A stretch of 64,000 nucleotides of DNA from Elusimicrobiota bacterium (lineage in GTDB: Bacteria; Elusimicrobiota; Elusimicrobia; UBA1565), in contig JBDRPD010000039.1 of NCBI GenBank assembly GCA_043827405.1, positions 64,001 through 128,000 of the forward strand, in the 5' to 3' direction. The notes below the pieces were generated by a model. It was not told the DNA's origin. It ran no database searches and saw only the letters and a list, made by a program, of their open reading frames with translations. Position numbers and translations under genes: made by a program. Shown one piece after another: positions 1-9,811 of the stretch. Every line of letters starts with the position of its first letter. The stretch's first letter is position 1.

Positions 1-899
1 GCCAGGCGCCGCTGCAGGTCCTGGACGTCCCGGGTCCAGGCGGCCTGCCGTTCCGTGAAATCGTCCTGCTGCCGTTGGGATATGCTGTGCATCTGCCGCT
101 CAGCGGCCTGCACGCCTTCCAGCCTCTCTTCGAGGTCCCGTACGGCCTTGCCTCGCTCCGCGGCTTCGGCGCGCAATTCGTCGAACTGCCGCTGCAGCGT
201 TTCCTTCTCCTGCCGCCAGCGGGCCTCCTCCTCCTCATGCGCGGCGGCGCGATCGCGCAGCGCGCCCTTCGCCTTTTCATCGCGCTGTGCGGCCTGCTCT
301 GTCAGCGTCGCGATTTCCTCCTGCAGGCGCGCTTCTTCCTTCTCTGCGCGGGCAAGCGCCCGCTCATGCGCGGCGGCGCGCTTGTCTAGTGCGGCCCGCT
401 CCGCCGCCAATAGCTGCTGCTGCGCCGCAAGCGCATCCGCATTCGCCGTCGTTTCCTGCTGGTGCGTCTCGGCGATTCGGCGCAGGGCCTCGTCTTTTTC
501 CCGTACTACCGCTTCCGTTTGCTCGCGCAGCTCTTTGAGATCGCGCTCCCAGCGCATCTCCAGCTCCGCGCGGAATTTCTCGTACTGCGCCTTCTGCTCG
601 TCCAAGCCGCGCTCTTTGAGCGCCAGGCGCTCATCCGCCTGCGCGCAGGCTTCAGCCGCCCGCTGTTCCAGTTCGGCAACCTGCTGCGCGCTCTCTTTGC
701 TCAGCGCTTCGTATTTTTCGACGGCGTCCTGGCCGTGCCGCATCTCCTTCTTCAGCAGAGCCTGGATGTCTTCGTTGGCTTTCTCCAGAGCCTGCTGACG
801 CTGCAGCGTCCAGCGCAGCGCGATGCGCGCCGTATCGAGATCGGGGATGATGTCGATATCGGAGAACTCGATCTTGCGCCCCTTGGGGGTATCTTCCAT
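1..899 (-). CDS. Long coiled-coil protein, runs off the left edge (C-terminus outside window)
   Basis: Manual translation from ATG at 899: MEDTPKGRKIEFSDIDIIPDLDTARIALRWTLQRQQALEKANEDIQALLKKE..., rich in E/Q/R/A/K. No stop seen before position 1, so it is absent from the ORF track; the + strand ORFs here are its Ser/Cys-rich antisense shadows. Confidence 0.8.
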   Translation of the reverse strand, partial: MEDTPKGRKIEFSDIDIIPDLDTARIALRWTLQRQQALEKANEDIQALLKKEMRHGQDAVEKYEALSKESAQQVAELEQRAAEACAQADERLALKERGLDEQKAQYEKFRAELEMRWERDLKELREQTEAVVREKDEALRRIAETHQQETTANADALAAQQQLLAAERAALDKRAAAHERALARAEKEEARLQEEIATLTEQAAQRDEKAKGALRDRAAAHEEEEARWRQEKETLQRQFDELRAEAAERGKAVRDLEERLEGVQAAERQMHSISQRQQDDFTERQAAWTRDVQDLQRRL

Positions 900-955
900 A
901 TGCGAATTACATAGCAACTGTATGTTAAATTTTCGCGTCAGGGCGCGCAGGAGGG

Positions 956-1624
956 TTAGTTCCCCAGCGGAAGGCCGGGGGCGTCCGGCGTATGGATGCC
1001 GAGCCCGTCGAGCGTCCTCATCGCGTCGTCGGTGACCGCTCTTTTCTGTCCGTACGAGGCTTGTTGGTAGGCGGGCATAGCGGCGTCAAAGCCTTCGATG
1101 AGTATCTGCCGTTGGAGGGAGCGGCCCAGGTCCCGCCGTATATCTTCGATGACCGGGGTCAGCGACAGCCGGATTCTGCGGGTGCTCTCCGGGGGATTGG
1201 CGGCTCTTTGCGCATCGGCTTCGCCGCTGCCGGAAGGCCTGCTCGTGCGCCGTTGCGCGGTGGATTCAAAACGGACCATACGGGAGGGCCGGATGCTTAA
1301 ACCGTAGATGCCGATATTGGCGCCGAGAGTCAGGTCGCGTCCGGTCTGGTACAGCGTATCCATCGGATTTAGCAGCATCTTCGTCGTTCGCCACGGAAGC
1401 TTGCGGATGTCGTGCATGTCCCATGCCATGCGATAGAACAGCTGAACGTGCGAGCCGCGGCGGTCCTGCAGGAACTCGAGGCTGAATGGAGAGCCGTAGC
1501 TTAGGGCGATCGCGGGCAGGACCTTGTGCGCGGGAGCCGACGACACAACGGCGTCACCTTCTTCGGCCGCGGTCGCGGAGAAGGGGACGGCCGCAAGCAG
1601 CAACAAGACGAGCGGCAGGCGCAT
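956..1624 (-). CDS. Hypothetical exported protein
   Basis: Signal peptide MRLPLVLLLLAAVPFSATA; TACACT -10 box 6 nt before ATG 1624 (alternative start 1630). Confidence 0.7.
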   Translation of the reverse strand: MRLPLVLLLLAAVPFSATAAEEGDAVVSSAPAHKVLPAIALSYGSPFSLEFLQDRRGSHVQLFYRMAWDMHDIRKLPWRTTKMLLNPMDTLYQTGRDLTLGANIGIYGLSIRPSRMVRFESTAQRRTSRPSGSGEADAQRAANPPESTRRIRLSLTPVIEDIRRDLGRSLQRQILIEGFDAAMPAYQQASYGQKRAVTDDAMRTLDGLGIHTPDAPGLPLGN

Positions 1625-1683
1625 AGGCATAGTGTAGCGCCCTGCGTGCCGCTTGGCCAGTTAATTGCCCGTACCTGAGCGCT

Positions 1684-3453
1684 TTAGGTGAGACGCCGGA
1701 GCTCGGTTTCCTTGGACCGCAGTTCTTCCTGCAGGGCCTGGATGTCCTCGCCGATCTTCTGGGCCTTGGCGTAGTCCTCGTAGATCTCGGGATTGCCGAG
1801 TTCGCCCGCCAATTTTTCCATGCGCGCATGGCCGGCTTCAATGGCCGTCTCCAGCTGCCTGATCGCGCGTTCTTTATCGCGGTCCTGCGCGCGCTGGCGT
1901 CGGCGCTCGGCCTTGGCCGAGGCGGGCTTCTGCCTTTCCGCGTCGGCCGGCGCGGACGCCGCCGGGGATTCCGCATCCTGCTGCCGCCGCCGCTCGAAGT
2001 ACTCGTAGTTCCCCGGGTAGACGGTGATCCTGCCGCCGTCGATATGGACGATATGGGTGGCCAGCTGGTTGATGAAGTAGACGTCGTGGCTGATGAAGCA
2101 CATCGTTCCTTCGAACTCGCGCAGCGCGCCGAGCAGGGCATCCACGCTGGCCATGTCCAAGTGAGTGGTCGGCTCATCCATAAGCAGGACATTGGGCGGA
2201 TCCAGCAGCAGCTTGACCAAGGCCAAGCGGCTTTTTTCTCCGCCGCTGAGCACCGAGACTTTCTTGAATACGGTGTCTCCGGGGAACAGGAAGGTCCCGA
2301 GAACGGTCCGCACCATCAGCTCGGGATTCATGCGGCCGTTGTCGAGCGCTTCCGTTAGGACGGTGCGGTTGGACTCAAACTGCCCCGCGCGGTGCTGGGA
2401 GAAGTAGCCCACCTTCACACCCATCCCCAGGGCGCGTTCGCCCGCATCGAAAGGAATCTCGCCGGCGAGAATCTTGAGCAGCGTGGATTTTCCCGCTCCG
2501 TTGCGGCCGACGAAAGCCATGCGCCAGCCGCGTTCCAGCTCAAAGTCCAGGCCGTTGTAAACCTTGACGTCGCCGTAGGATTTGTGGAGATTCTTCAGCT
2601 GCAGCGAGCGCACGCCCGTGCGTGCCGGCTGGGGGAAGCGCATCTTGACGGTCTTCTCTTCGGCGGGCACCGCCAATCGTTCCAGGCGATCCAGGCGCTT
2701 GATCATGCTCTGCGCCCGCCGCGCGGTAGAATGGCGGACGCGGTTGCGCGCGATGAAGTCCTTCATGTCGGCGATCTCGTCCTGCTGCTCCTTGTAGGCT
2801 TTGATCATCTGCGTCTTCTCGGCTTCGCGCTGCTGCACGAACTCTTCGTAGTTGCCGTGATAGATCTTCAGCGTGTGTTCCTGTACGCTGACGATGGAGG
2901 CGCAGACGTTGTTGATGAAGTCCCGATCGTGCGAGATCATGAAGATCGCGCCGGGATAGCTTTGCAGGTACTCCTGCAGCCACAGCAGCGACTCCAGGTC
3001 GAGGTGGTTGGTCGGTTCGTCGAGCAGGAGCATGTCCGGTTCCTGCATGAGGAGGCGGGCGATGGCCACGCGCATCGACCAGCCGCCGGAGAGCTCGTTG
3101 ATGGGCTTGGCGAACTCGCCTTCCTTGAAGCCCAGGCCCATTAGAATGGACTTGGCTTTGGCCGTGGTGCGGCCGTCGGGCGCCGGGTGCAGCTCCAGCG
3201 CGCCGTCCAGGACGCAGGTGGACGCGAGGGGGGCGTTCTCCTGCGGCAGGTAGCCGCAGACGACATTCTTCTTGACGAGGATATCGCCGCCGTCAGGCTC
3301 CATCTCGCCCAGGAGCATTTTGAACAGGGTGGACTTGCCCGAGCCGTTCGGCCCTACCAGCGCGTAGCGGTCGCCGGCGTTGATCTGCAGCGTCACGCTG
3401 TCGAAGAGCTCCTGCTTGTAGAAGGATTTATGCACATCGCGCAAAGTAATCAT
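1684..3453 (-). CDS. ABC-F family ribosome-associated ATPase
   Basis: Two NBDs (GPNGSGKS/LSGGW/LLLDEPTNHLD; GRNGAGKS/LSGGE/DEPTTHLD), no TM segments, C-terminal coiled coil. Confidence 0.95.
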   Translation of the reverse strand: MITLRDVHKSFYKQELFDSVTLQINAGDRYALVGPNGSGKSTLFKMLLGEMEPDGGDILVKKNVVCGYLPQENAPLASTCVLDGALELHPAPDGRTTAKAKSILMGLGFKEGEFAKPINELSGGWSMRVAIARLLMQEPDMLLLDEPTNHLDLESLLWLQEYLQSYPGAIFMISHDRDFINNVCASIVSVQEHTLKIYHGNYEEFVQQREAEKTQMIKAYKEQQDEIADMKDFIARNRVRHSTARRAQSMIKRLDRLERLAVPAEEKTVKMRFPQPARTGVRSLQLKNLHKSYGDVKVYNGLDFELERGWRMAFVGRNGAGKSTLLKILAGEIPFDAGERALGMGVKVGYFSQHRAGQFESNRTVLTEALDNGRMNPELMVRTVLGTFLFPGDTVFKKVSVLSGGEKSRLALVKLLLDPPNVLLMDEPTTHLDMASVDALLGALREFEGTMCFISHDVYFINQLATHIVHIDGGRITVYPGNYEYFERRRQQDAESPAASAPADAERQKPASAKAERRRQRAQDRDKERAIRQLETAIEAGHARMEKLAGELGNPEIYEDYAKAQKIGEDIQALQEELRSKETELRRLT

Positions 3454-3524
3454 CGAGCGGATATTATAGCTTTCGGCGCCGGATGCCGAAAGCGGCGGGC
3501 GCTAATTGATAGAATAAGTCCCGC

Positions 3525-4697
3525 ATGAGGCTATTGCTGCCGCTTCTCGCGCTGTCGGCCGTGCTCTCGCTTCCGGCCGCCGCCGCGCCTCCCGAAGTGG
3601 ATACCCACATTCTCAACGCGATCCAGGCGATCTGGGCGATGGATTTTTCCGCCTCGGAGGCCAGCCTCGAGAAAGCGAAAGCGGCGCTGCCGGAGTACCC
3701 CTATCCCTATTTCGGCCAGGCCAACGTTACCTGGCTGCGCTATGTCTATGGTTCCCAGCGTACCGATACGGCGCTGCAGAAGAAATTCGAGGGAGAAGTC
3801 GAGCAGGCGGTCGCCGCGGCGGAAACCTGGCTCAGGGCTCATCCGCGCGACGCCGAGGGCTATCTCGCCCTGAGCGGGAGCTACGGCCTGCGCGCGCGCC
3901 TGGCGACGATCCAGAAGCGCTGGCTGCGGGCGCTGCTTGACGGCCGGAAGGCGGTCAAGTTTACGCGCCAGGCGCACCGCCTCGACCCGGAGCTCCATGA
4001 CGCGCTGCTGGGAGCGGGGATGTATGACTACTACGCGGATTCCCTGCCGCGTACGGTCAAGTTCTTCAGCAAGCTGATTCTCGGCGGCGACCGCGAGCGG
4101 GGAATCCGGTCGCTCAAGACCGTCGCAGAAAAGGGGCGCTACGCGAAGATCGCCGCGCAGCTGCTGCTTATCGAGGTGTATACCGAGGACAGGTGGGGCG
4201 CCCGGGACCCCGCGGAAGCGGTGCGGATCATCCAGGCGCTCCGCACGAGGTTTCCCAAGAGCCCGGTATTCCACAAGATCGAACAGGTATGCTTGTACGA
4301 GGCGGAGCGCTACGATGAAGTGTCGGCGAGCGCCCGCGAGTATACGCGGCGCATCGATGACGGCTGGGCATACTACCTGCCGCAGGACCGCGCCCGCATG
4401 TGCGTCACCGAAGGAACGGCGCGCTTCGCGCAGAACCGGCTCGAGCCGGCGCACGACGCCTATCAGCGCGCTGGCGCGCTGGCGGGAACGGCGGAGAAGC
4501 CGGAACGCTGGGGAGTTTGGGGACTGGTTCGCCTGGGGCAGGTGCGGGACCTGCTCAACCGCCGGCCGGAGGCGTTGCAGGCTTATGGCGCCGCGGGGGG
4601 GTTCGCGGATATTTGGGGCTTTCGCGCCGCGGCAAAGCGCGGGCTGCGCGCACCGCATCTTTCGAGCTCGGAGGTCGGCCAGCTGCCGCCCCCATGA
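3525..4697 (+). CDS. Exported TPR-like helical repeat protein
   Basis: Signal peptide; Ala-rich helical repeats with TPR-type turns (ALPEYPY, AHPRDAEGY, LDPELHDA). Confidence 0.75.
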   Translation: MRLLLPLLALSAVLSLPAAAAPPEVDTHILNAIQAIWAMDFSASEASLEKAKAALPEYPYPYFGQANVTWLRYVYGSQRTDTALQKKFEGEVEQAVAAAETWLRAHPRDAEGYLALSGSYGLRARLATIQKRWLRALLDGRKAVKFTRQAHRLDPELHDALLGAGMYDYYADSLPRTVKFFSKLILGGDRERGIRSLKTVAEKGRYAKIAAQLLLIEVYTEDRWGARDPAEAVRIIQALRTRFPKSPVFHKIEQVCLYEAERYDEVSASAREYTRRIDDGWAYYLPQDRARMCVTEGTARFAQNRLEPAHDAYQRAGALAGTAEKPERWGVWGLVRLGQVRDLLNRRPEALQAYGAAGGFADIWGFRAAAKRGLRAPHLSSSEVGQLPPP

Positions 4698-5530
4698 GCT
4701 TGCAGGAGCTGCGCGGAAAAACGGTATTGGTGACCGGCGCGTCGAGCGGCATCGGCCGCGCGGCCGCCCAGGCATTCGCCGCGCACGGCTGCCGCTTGGC
4801 GCTCGCCGCCCGGCGGGCGGATAAGCTGGCGTCGCTGGCCGAGAGCCTGGAAGCGAAGGGCGTCGAGACCCTCGTCCTGACCTGCGACGTGCGCGAGCGG
4901 GACCGGGCGCGGGAGGCGGTGGACGCGGTCATTCGCCGCTGGGGGCGCCTCGATATTCTGCTCAACAACGCGGGCGTGCATGACCTCGATATTTTTGAGC
5001 GGCAGGACCTGGACCTCATCGAAGACATGGTGCGAACCAATCTCTTCGGGACTATGTACACGACGCACGCGGCGCTCCCCGGCATGCGCCGGCAGGGAAG
5101 CGGTCATATCGTTAATGTGGCATCCATCGCGGGGCTTACCGGCCTGCCTTGGATGAGCGTTTACAGCGCCTCCAAATTCGCCGTCGTGGGTTTTACCGAG
5201 TCCCTGCGCCGGGAGCTGCGCGGCAGCGGCGTACGCCTGACCGCTTTTTGCCCGGGTACGGTAGATACGGCGATGGCCGCCGAACCGCTCAAGGACGCGG
5301 AGCTGAGAAAGACCGTTCAGCCTAAAACGCCCGAAGAGACTGCGGAGAGAATCGTCAGGGCCGTGCGCAGCGGTGCGCCGGAAGTGGTATTCGGAGAGGC
5401 TTCCGCTTTTGTTCTCCGTTTGGCCCGTTTCTTCCCGCGTTTTACCGACTGGTTCATGCATCGTTCACTCACGCGTCTTCACCCCGAGGTCCGCCGCCTG
5501 CTGCGGGCCGAGAGCGAGCGGCCGGGATGA
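4694..5530 (+). CDS. Short-chain dehydrogenase/reductase (SDR)
   Basis: TGASSGIG, NNAG and YSASK motifs; ATG 4694 overlaps the upstream stop (ATGA). Confidence 0.93.
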   Translation: MSLQELRGKTVLVTGASSGIGRAAAQAFAAHGCRLALAARRADKLASLAESLEAKGVETLVLTCDVRERDRAREAVDAVIRRWGRLDILLNNAGVHDLDIFERQDLDLIEDMVRTNLFGTMYTTHAALPGMRRQGSGHIVNVASIAGLTGLPWMSVYSASKFAVVGFTESLRRELRGSGVRLTAFCPGTVDTAMAAEPLKDAELRKTVQPKTPEETAERIVRAVRSGAPEVVFGEASAFVLRLARFFPRFTDWFMHRSLTRLHPEVRRLLRAESERPG

Positions 5531-6822
5531 GGGGGCTGCGCTTCGCACCGCTGCTGCTGGTTCTCTCCGTCTCGCTGGCGCAGGCGGCGGCGATGAAGGT
5601 TCCCAAGCGGCCCAGGGAATTTCCGCCCACCGGGCCAGCGCCGCAGGAGACCAAGCGCAACCCGCTCGACTTCATTATCCGCAACCTCCGAATGACGACG
5701 CCGGTCGGGCCGCTGTTGTTCATCCCTCTCGTCGACACCAACAAGGACATCGGCTTTCGTTCCGGAATCATGCCGATATGGGCGTTTCGCGACCGGCGCG
5801 GTGACGGCATCGCGGCCGTTCTCGCGCCGTCGGTGCGCTACAACCGCTTTTTGAAGACGGAGTATACCGGGCGGGCGTATTTTTTCCCGAACGAACGGGA
5901 CCTGGTCGTTGTTCGCGGCTCCTACTCCTCGGTCGTCAACCGGGAGATCTTCCTGCGCTATTTTACGCGGGAGTTTCTCGGCACCAATTTCCGGCTGAAC
6001 ACGGAGCTCCACCTCTTTCGCGACGGTAAGTTCTCCTTCTACGGTTTCGGTCCGGATTCGGTCGATGGGGATCAGGCCAACTTCTCCAAGTATAAAATCG
6101 GCGAGGAGGTGACGGTGGGCATCCCGACCGCCAAGCACTGGTTCCTCGAGCTCAGCCATTCCAACTTCCAGTACCAGCTCGGCGCCGGACCGATCACCAA
6201 CCTGCGGCCGCTCAGCGAGGTTTTTCCGAATCAGGCGATTTTGGGTTGGAAGCGCCTGGTCAGCCACGGGGCCGCGATCACCTACGATTCCACGGATCAT
6301 CCGTCCTTGCCGACGCGCGGCGGGCTGATTACTTTGTCGGCGCGTACCGCCCAGACCGCGCTGGGCAGCGACTATACCTGCCAGACATACGCCTCCCAGT
6401 TAAAGTACTACCAGAATATGGTGGATGGGAAGTATGTTACGGTTGCGAATCTGTACTTCGAGCAGCAGCGGGGGGATATCCTGCCGTTCTATGCCCAGAC
6501 CGTCGTCGGTGAGTCCACCGGGCTGCGGCTGGAAGGGGACGGCCGCTTCGTGGACCGGGGCCGCATGGTGTTCAATATCGAGGAGCGCATCCGCGTCGCG
6601 CGCTCGCCGCTGCTCAAGTTCTTCAGCGAGGTGGAGATCAGCCCCTTCCTCGACGTGGGGACCGTTTTCCCGCAGCCCGGCAAGCTGCGCTTTGATAACC
6701 TGCAGCCCGGCCCGGGCATCGCGGCGCGGGTTCTGCTGCGGCCTCAGGTGGTGATCACGGCCGACGTCGCCTGGCGGGGAAGCAAGAAGAACTTCATCCT
6801 GAAGGTGGACTATCCGTTTTAA
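5527..6822 (+). CDS. Omp85/BamA-TamA family outer-membrane beta-barrel without POTRA domains
   Basis: Signal peptide, amphipathic beta strands, YDSTD..PTRG and GLRLEGDGRFVD (loop-6-like) motifs, FLDVG, C-terminal Phe. Confidence 0.75.
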   Translation: MRGLRFAPLLLVLSVSLAQAAAMKVPKRPREFPPTGPAPQETKRNPLDFIIRNLRMTTPVGPLLFIPLVDTNKDIGFRSGIMPIWAFRDRRGDGIAAVLAPSVRYNRFLKTEYTGRAYFFPNERDLVVVRGSYSSVVNREIFLRYFTREFLGTNFRLNTELHLFRDGKFSFYGFGPDSVDGDQANFSKYKIGEEVTVGIPTAKHWFLELSHSNFQYQLGAGPITNLRPLSEVFPNQAILGWKRLVSHGAAITYDSTDHPSLPTRGGLITLSARTAQTALGSDYTCQTYASQLKYYQNMVDGKYVTVANLYFEQQRGDILPFYAQTVVGESTGLRLEGDGRFVDRGRMVFNIEERIRVARSPLLKFFSEVEISPFLDVGTVFPQPGKLRFDNLQPGPGIAARVLLRPQVVITADVAWRGSKKNFILKVDYPF

Positions 6823-7711
6823 AGCCGTGCCGCAGCTCGTCGTCGGCCCGTTCCTGGCGGTCGCGGGCGGCGAGCGTCCAGACGTTGTAAAACGATACCT
6901 CCGCCCAGAAGTACAGTTCGGGACGGCGGGCCGCCAGGGCGGCCGCGATAACGAGCAGCCGGCTGTTGGCGCCCAGCAGATTCCACCAGCGGATTACCGG
7001 CAGATTTAAGCCGCGGTACGCCGCCGCCGTCTTCTCATCGAGCGTGCCGTCGGGGCGGCGTGCCAGCAGTTCCTCACCGAGGCGCACATGGGAAGCGGCG
7101 AGCCGGCGCTGGCGCAGGGTATAGTCCCGGTGGCTCCAGGCCAGGAAGCGCGCCGCCCGGCCGCCCTCTTCGCTTGCGCCGGACTCCAGGTCGGATTTCG
7201 GGATGCGCCGCTGGTCCACGTATTCGGTGTACTCCGTCCGGTAGTAGTCAAAAAGACTCGCCTGTATGGAATGAGAGATGCCCGCCAGGGCGGCCAGCGT
7301 GAAGATGAGAACGGCCGAAGCATCCGGGTTGAGGCTCAGGTACTTGGCGGCGAGAGCGAGGTAGGTGGCGATAAATACGCAGTAGTCGGCGACGCCGTCG
7401 AGGATGCGGCCATGCAGGCTCGCGCTCTGCGTCATGCGCGCCAGCTGGCCGTCGGAGGCGTCGAAGACGCCGCTGAGCACCAGCAGGCCGAGGCCGGTCC
7501 ACATCCAGCTGTCCCAGTACAGCAGTCCGGCGCCGGCCACCCCCGTCGCCAGGCTGGCCGTCGTCAGCTGGTTGGGCGTCAGGCCCAGGCGCTTGCCGGC
7601 CAGCGCGAACAGCGCTCCCGCCGGCCGGTAGAAATAGATGTCCAGCACGCCTTCGCTCTCATAGGACTTGTAGGCGTTGTGCGCCTCGAGGGCGTCGCGC
7701 AGGGCTGTCAT
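6794..7711 (-). CDS. CDP-alcohol phosphatidyltransferase family protein
   Basis: TPNQLT and signature DASDGQLAR...GRILDGVAD; several TM helices. Confidence 0.92.
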   Translation of the reverse strand: MTALRDALEAHNAYKSYESEGVLDIYFYRPAGALFALAGKRLGLTPNQLTTASLATGVAGAGLLYWDSWMWTGLGLLVLSGVFDASDGQLARMTQSASLHGRILDGVADYCVFIATYLALAAKYLSLNPDASAVLIFTLAALAGISHSIQASLFDYYRTEYTEYVDQRRIPKSDLESGASEEGGRAARFLAWSHRDYTLRQRRLAASHVRLGEELLARRPDGTLDEKTAAAYRGLNLPVIRWWNLLGANSRLLVIAAALAARRPELYFWAEVSFYNVWTLAARDRQERADDELRHGFKTDSPPSG

Positions 7712-8676
7712 GGCCGGGGCGTTATGCTCCGGCGTTCATCGTAGTAGAGGGCCGTGCCGATGAGCGCCCATAGGATTTCCCGGGCATGGCGAATCAGGCC
7801 GAAGGCGAAGCCGGCGGTTTTCGGCAGCCCCAGCGCCGTGAAGATCGCGGTCTTGCTTATCTCCTGGGTCCCGGCTTTGGCCGGGACCATGAAGAATACT
7901 CCATCGACGGATGCCGAGAGCAGTTCGATGATCAGGGCCGTCTCCACTGAAACGGGCAGCCCCAGAAAACGCATGATCAAATAGGCTTCGAAGGCCCCCC
8001 ATAGGTAGGCCAGCGTGAAGCACAGGACGGAAAGAAGAAACAAGCCGGGGTGGCGCCGCAGGAAGACGCGCGCGTCCTGGTCCACCATCTTGACAACCGA
8101 CCGCCAGCCTTGGGGTTCCGGCTTCTTATGGCCGGTGTCCTTGCCCGAACGCCAGGCCCGGAGCTCGAGCGCGATGAGTAGTATGATCAGGACTCCCAGC
8201 AGCACCATTCCGGCATTGCGGCCGCCGCCGAATGCTTGCAGGGACAAGCGGCCGCTGGCGATAAGCCAGAGGCTGCCCGCGGAGACCAGCGCGAAGGCGA
8301 GGACCTGGGTAAACTTTGAGACCACCAAAGAAGAAAGCCGGGAGGCGATAGGATGATCCCGGCCGATCATGGAGGCTTTGGCCATCTCGCCCGCCACCAG
8401 GGCGGAGGGAATGAGGTAGTGGACTCCGTCGCCGGCGATGCGCAGCTTGAGCAGGCGCCAAAAAGAGGGCACCATGCTCCGGTGCTCCGGCAAAAAGGCC
8501 GCCGCCCAGCCCGCCGCGTTGAGAATATGGGCGACGATCTCCTGGGCGAAGATGAGAATGAAGCCGATGCCGACGCTGCGCAGGGCCCAGGCGACCGACG
8601 GCCACGGCATCTTCCAGGCCAATAGGCCGAATGCCAAGACGCCGACGGCGAGCAGAATCTTTTCTACGCGCTTCAT
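7708..8676 (-). CDS. Lysylphosphatidylglycerol-synthase TM (flippase-like) membrane protein
   Basis: About 8 TM helices; family-like motifs PSALVAGE and PAKAGTQE, and R-containing last helix. Confidence 0.8.
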   Translation of the reverse strand: MKRVEKILLAVGVLAFGLLAWKMPWPSVAWALRSVGIGFILIFAQEIVAHILNAAGWAAAFLPEHRSMVPSFWRLLKLRIAGDGVHYLIPSALVAGEMAKASMIGRDHPIASRLSSLVVSKFTQVLAFALVSAGSLWLIASGRLSLQAFGGGRNAGMVLLGVLIILLIALELRAWRSGKDTGHKKPEPQGWRSVVKMVDQDARVFLRRHPGLFLLSVLCFTLAYLWGAFEAYLIMRFLGLPVSVETALIIELLSASVDGVFFMVPAKAGTQEISKTAIFTALGLPKTAGFAFGLIRHAREILWALIGTALYYDERRSITPRP

Positions 8677-8677
8677 G

Positions 8678-9811
8678 TCAGGCGATGGCGCGCTCGTAGA
8701 TCCGGTACTTCTTGTACAGCTTGCCTTCCATGGCCTGCATGCCGCGATTCATTTTCTCGTTGTCTTCCAGAATCCAGCCGAGCTCTCCGTCCCAGCCCTT
8801 GCGCCGGGCCGTCAGCCAGGCTTCCCGGTAGAGCAGGACTTCCAGCCCCCGATTGCGGAAGGCTTTCCTGACGCCTAAAGTGATCAGGCGGACGCGGTCG
8901 ATCTTGCGGTAGTAGTACAGAAATTTCAGCGTCCCCCAAAGGCCCAGCTTGCCGTTGAGGCGGCGCAGGGCTTGGTTGACGTCCGGCAGCAGGATGCTGA
9001 AAGCGACGGTTTCTCCGTCGACATCGGCGAAGTGAATCGCTTCAGGGTCGACGATTGGCTTGAGTTTTTCCGCCATCAGATCCAGCTCCGCCGGCGTCAT
9101 CGGCGTAAAGCCCCAGTTTTTTTCCCAGGCCTCGTTGTAGATGTCGCGGACTATCTGCAGCTCTTCCTCCCAGCGCGCCATGCGCATCGAGCGGATGCGG
9201 ACGCCTTCCTTTTTCGCCACCCGCTCCGCGAGATAGCGAATGCGCTTGGGGATGGGATCCGTGGAAATGAGGAGATAGGAATAGAGATCCTTGATCTTGG
9301 TTAGGCCGGCGGACTCCAGGAGCGCGGAGTAATAAGGAGGGTTGTAGGGCATCATGATAGCGGGGGGATCGTCGAAGCCTTCGATCAGCAGCCCGCACTC
9401 CTCGTTAAACGAGGGGCTGGCGGGGCCGCGCATGACGCTCATGCCCTTGTCTTTGAGCCAGGTGCGGGCGGCGTCGAGCAGCGCTTGCGCGGTTTTCTCA
9501 TCGTCGACGCATTCGAAGAAGCCGAAGTAGCCGCACTTCTCATGGTGGAAATCGTTATAGGCGCGGTCGACCACGGCCGCGCAGCGTCCGACGATTCGGC
9601 CGTCCGCCACCGCCAGGAACAGCTCGCGTTCCGCGTGCTGCCAAAACGGATTGGCCTCCGTCAGCAGGTCGCGGACTTCGGTTTTAAGGGGGGGCACCCA
9701 TGGCGGGCTGTCGCGGTAGATTTCCCAAGGCAGGTCGATAAAGCCGGTGAGCTGCTGCGCATTCCGTACGGCCTCAACGGATGCTTCCGCCGTCCGGCGC
9801 TCAGGCGGCAA
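8678..9811 (-). CDS. GNAT-fold N-acyltransferase, bacterial ceramide synthase (bCerS)-like
   Basis: FIDLPWEIY..PPWVPPL, GYFGFFE, MMPYNPPYY, NWGFTPMT, LPDVN and WILEDN motifs of the YghO/bCerS-like GNAT family; overlaps the spt stop codon. Confidence 0.8.
   Translation of the reverse strand: MPPERRTAEASVEAVRNAQQLTGFIDLPWEIYRDSPPWVPPLKTEVRDLLTEANPFWQHAERELFLAVADGRIVGRCAAVVDRAYNDFHHEKCGYFGFFECVDDEKTAQALLDAARTWLKDKGMSVMRGPASPSFNEECGLLIEGFDDPPAIMMPYNPPYYSALLESAGLTKIKDLYSYLLISTDPIPKRIRYLAERVAKKEGVRIRSMRMARWEEELQIVRDIYNEAWEKNWGFTPMTPAELDLMAEKLKPIVDPEAIHFADVDGETVAFSILLPDVNQALRRLNGKLGLWGTLKFLYYYRKIDRVRLITLGVRKAFRNRGLEVLLYREAWLTARRKGWDGELGWILEDNEKMNRGMQAMEGKLYKKYRIYERAIA

Noticed and set aside
903..930. 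dif-like sequence (ACATA-N7-TATGTTAAAT)
   Set aside because: The right arm resembles the XerD site, but the central spacing is one base short and the left arm is poor. It sits where the promoter of the 899 gene is expected.
55..1035. Several + strand ORFs rich in Ser/Cys/Arg
   Set aside because: They are antisense shadows of the minus-strand coiled-coil gene.
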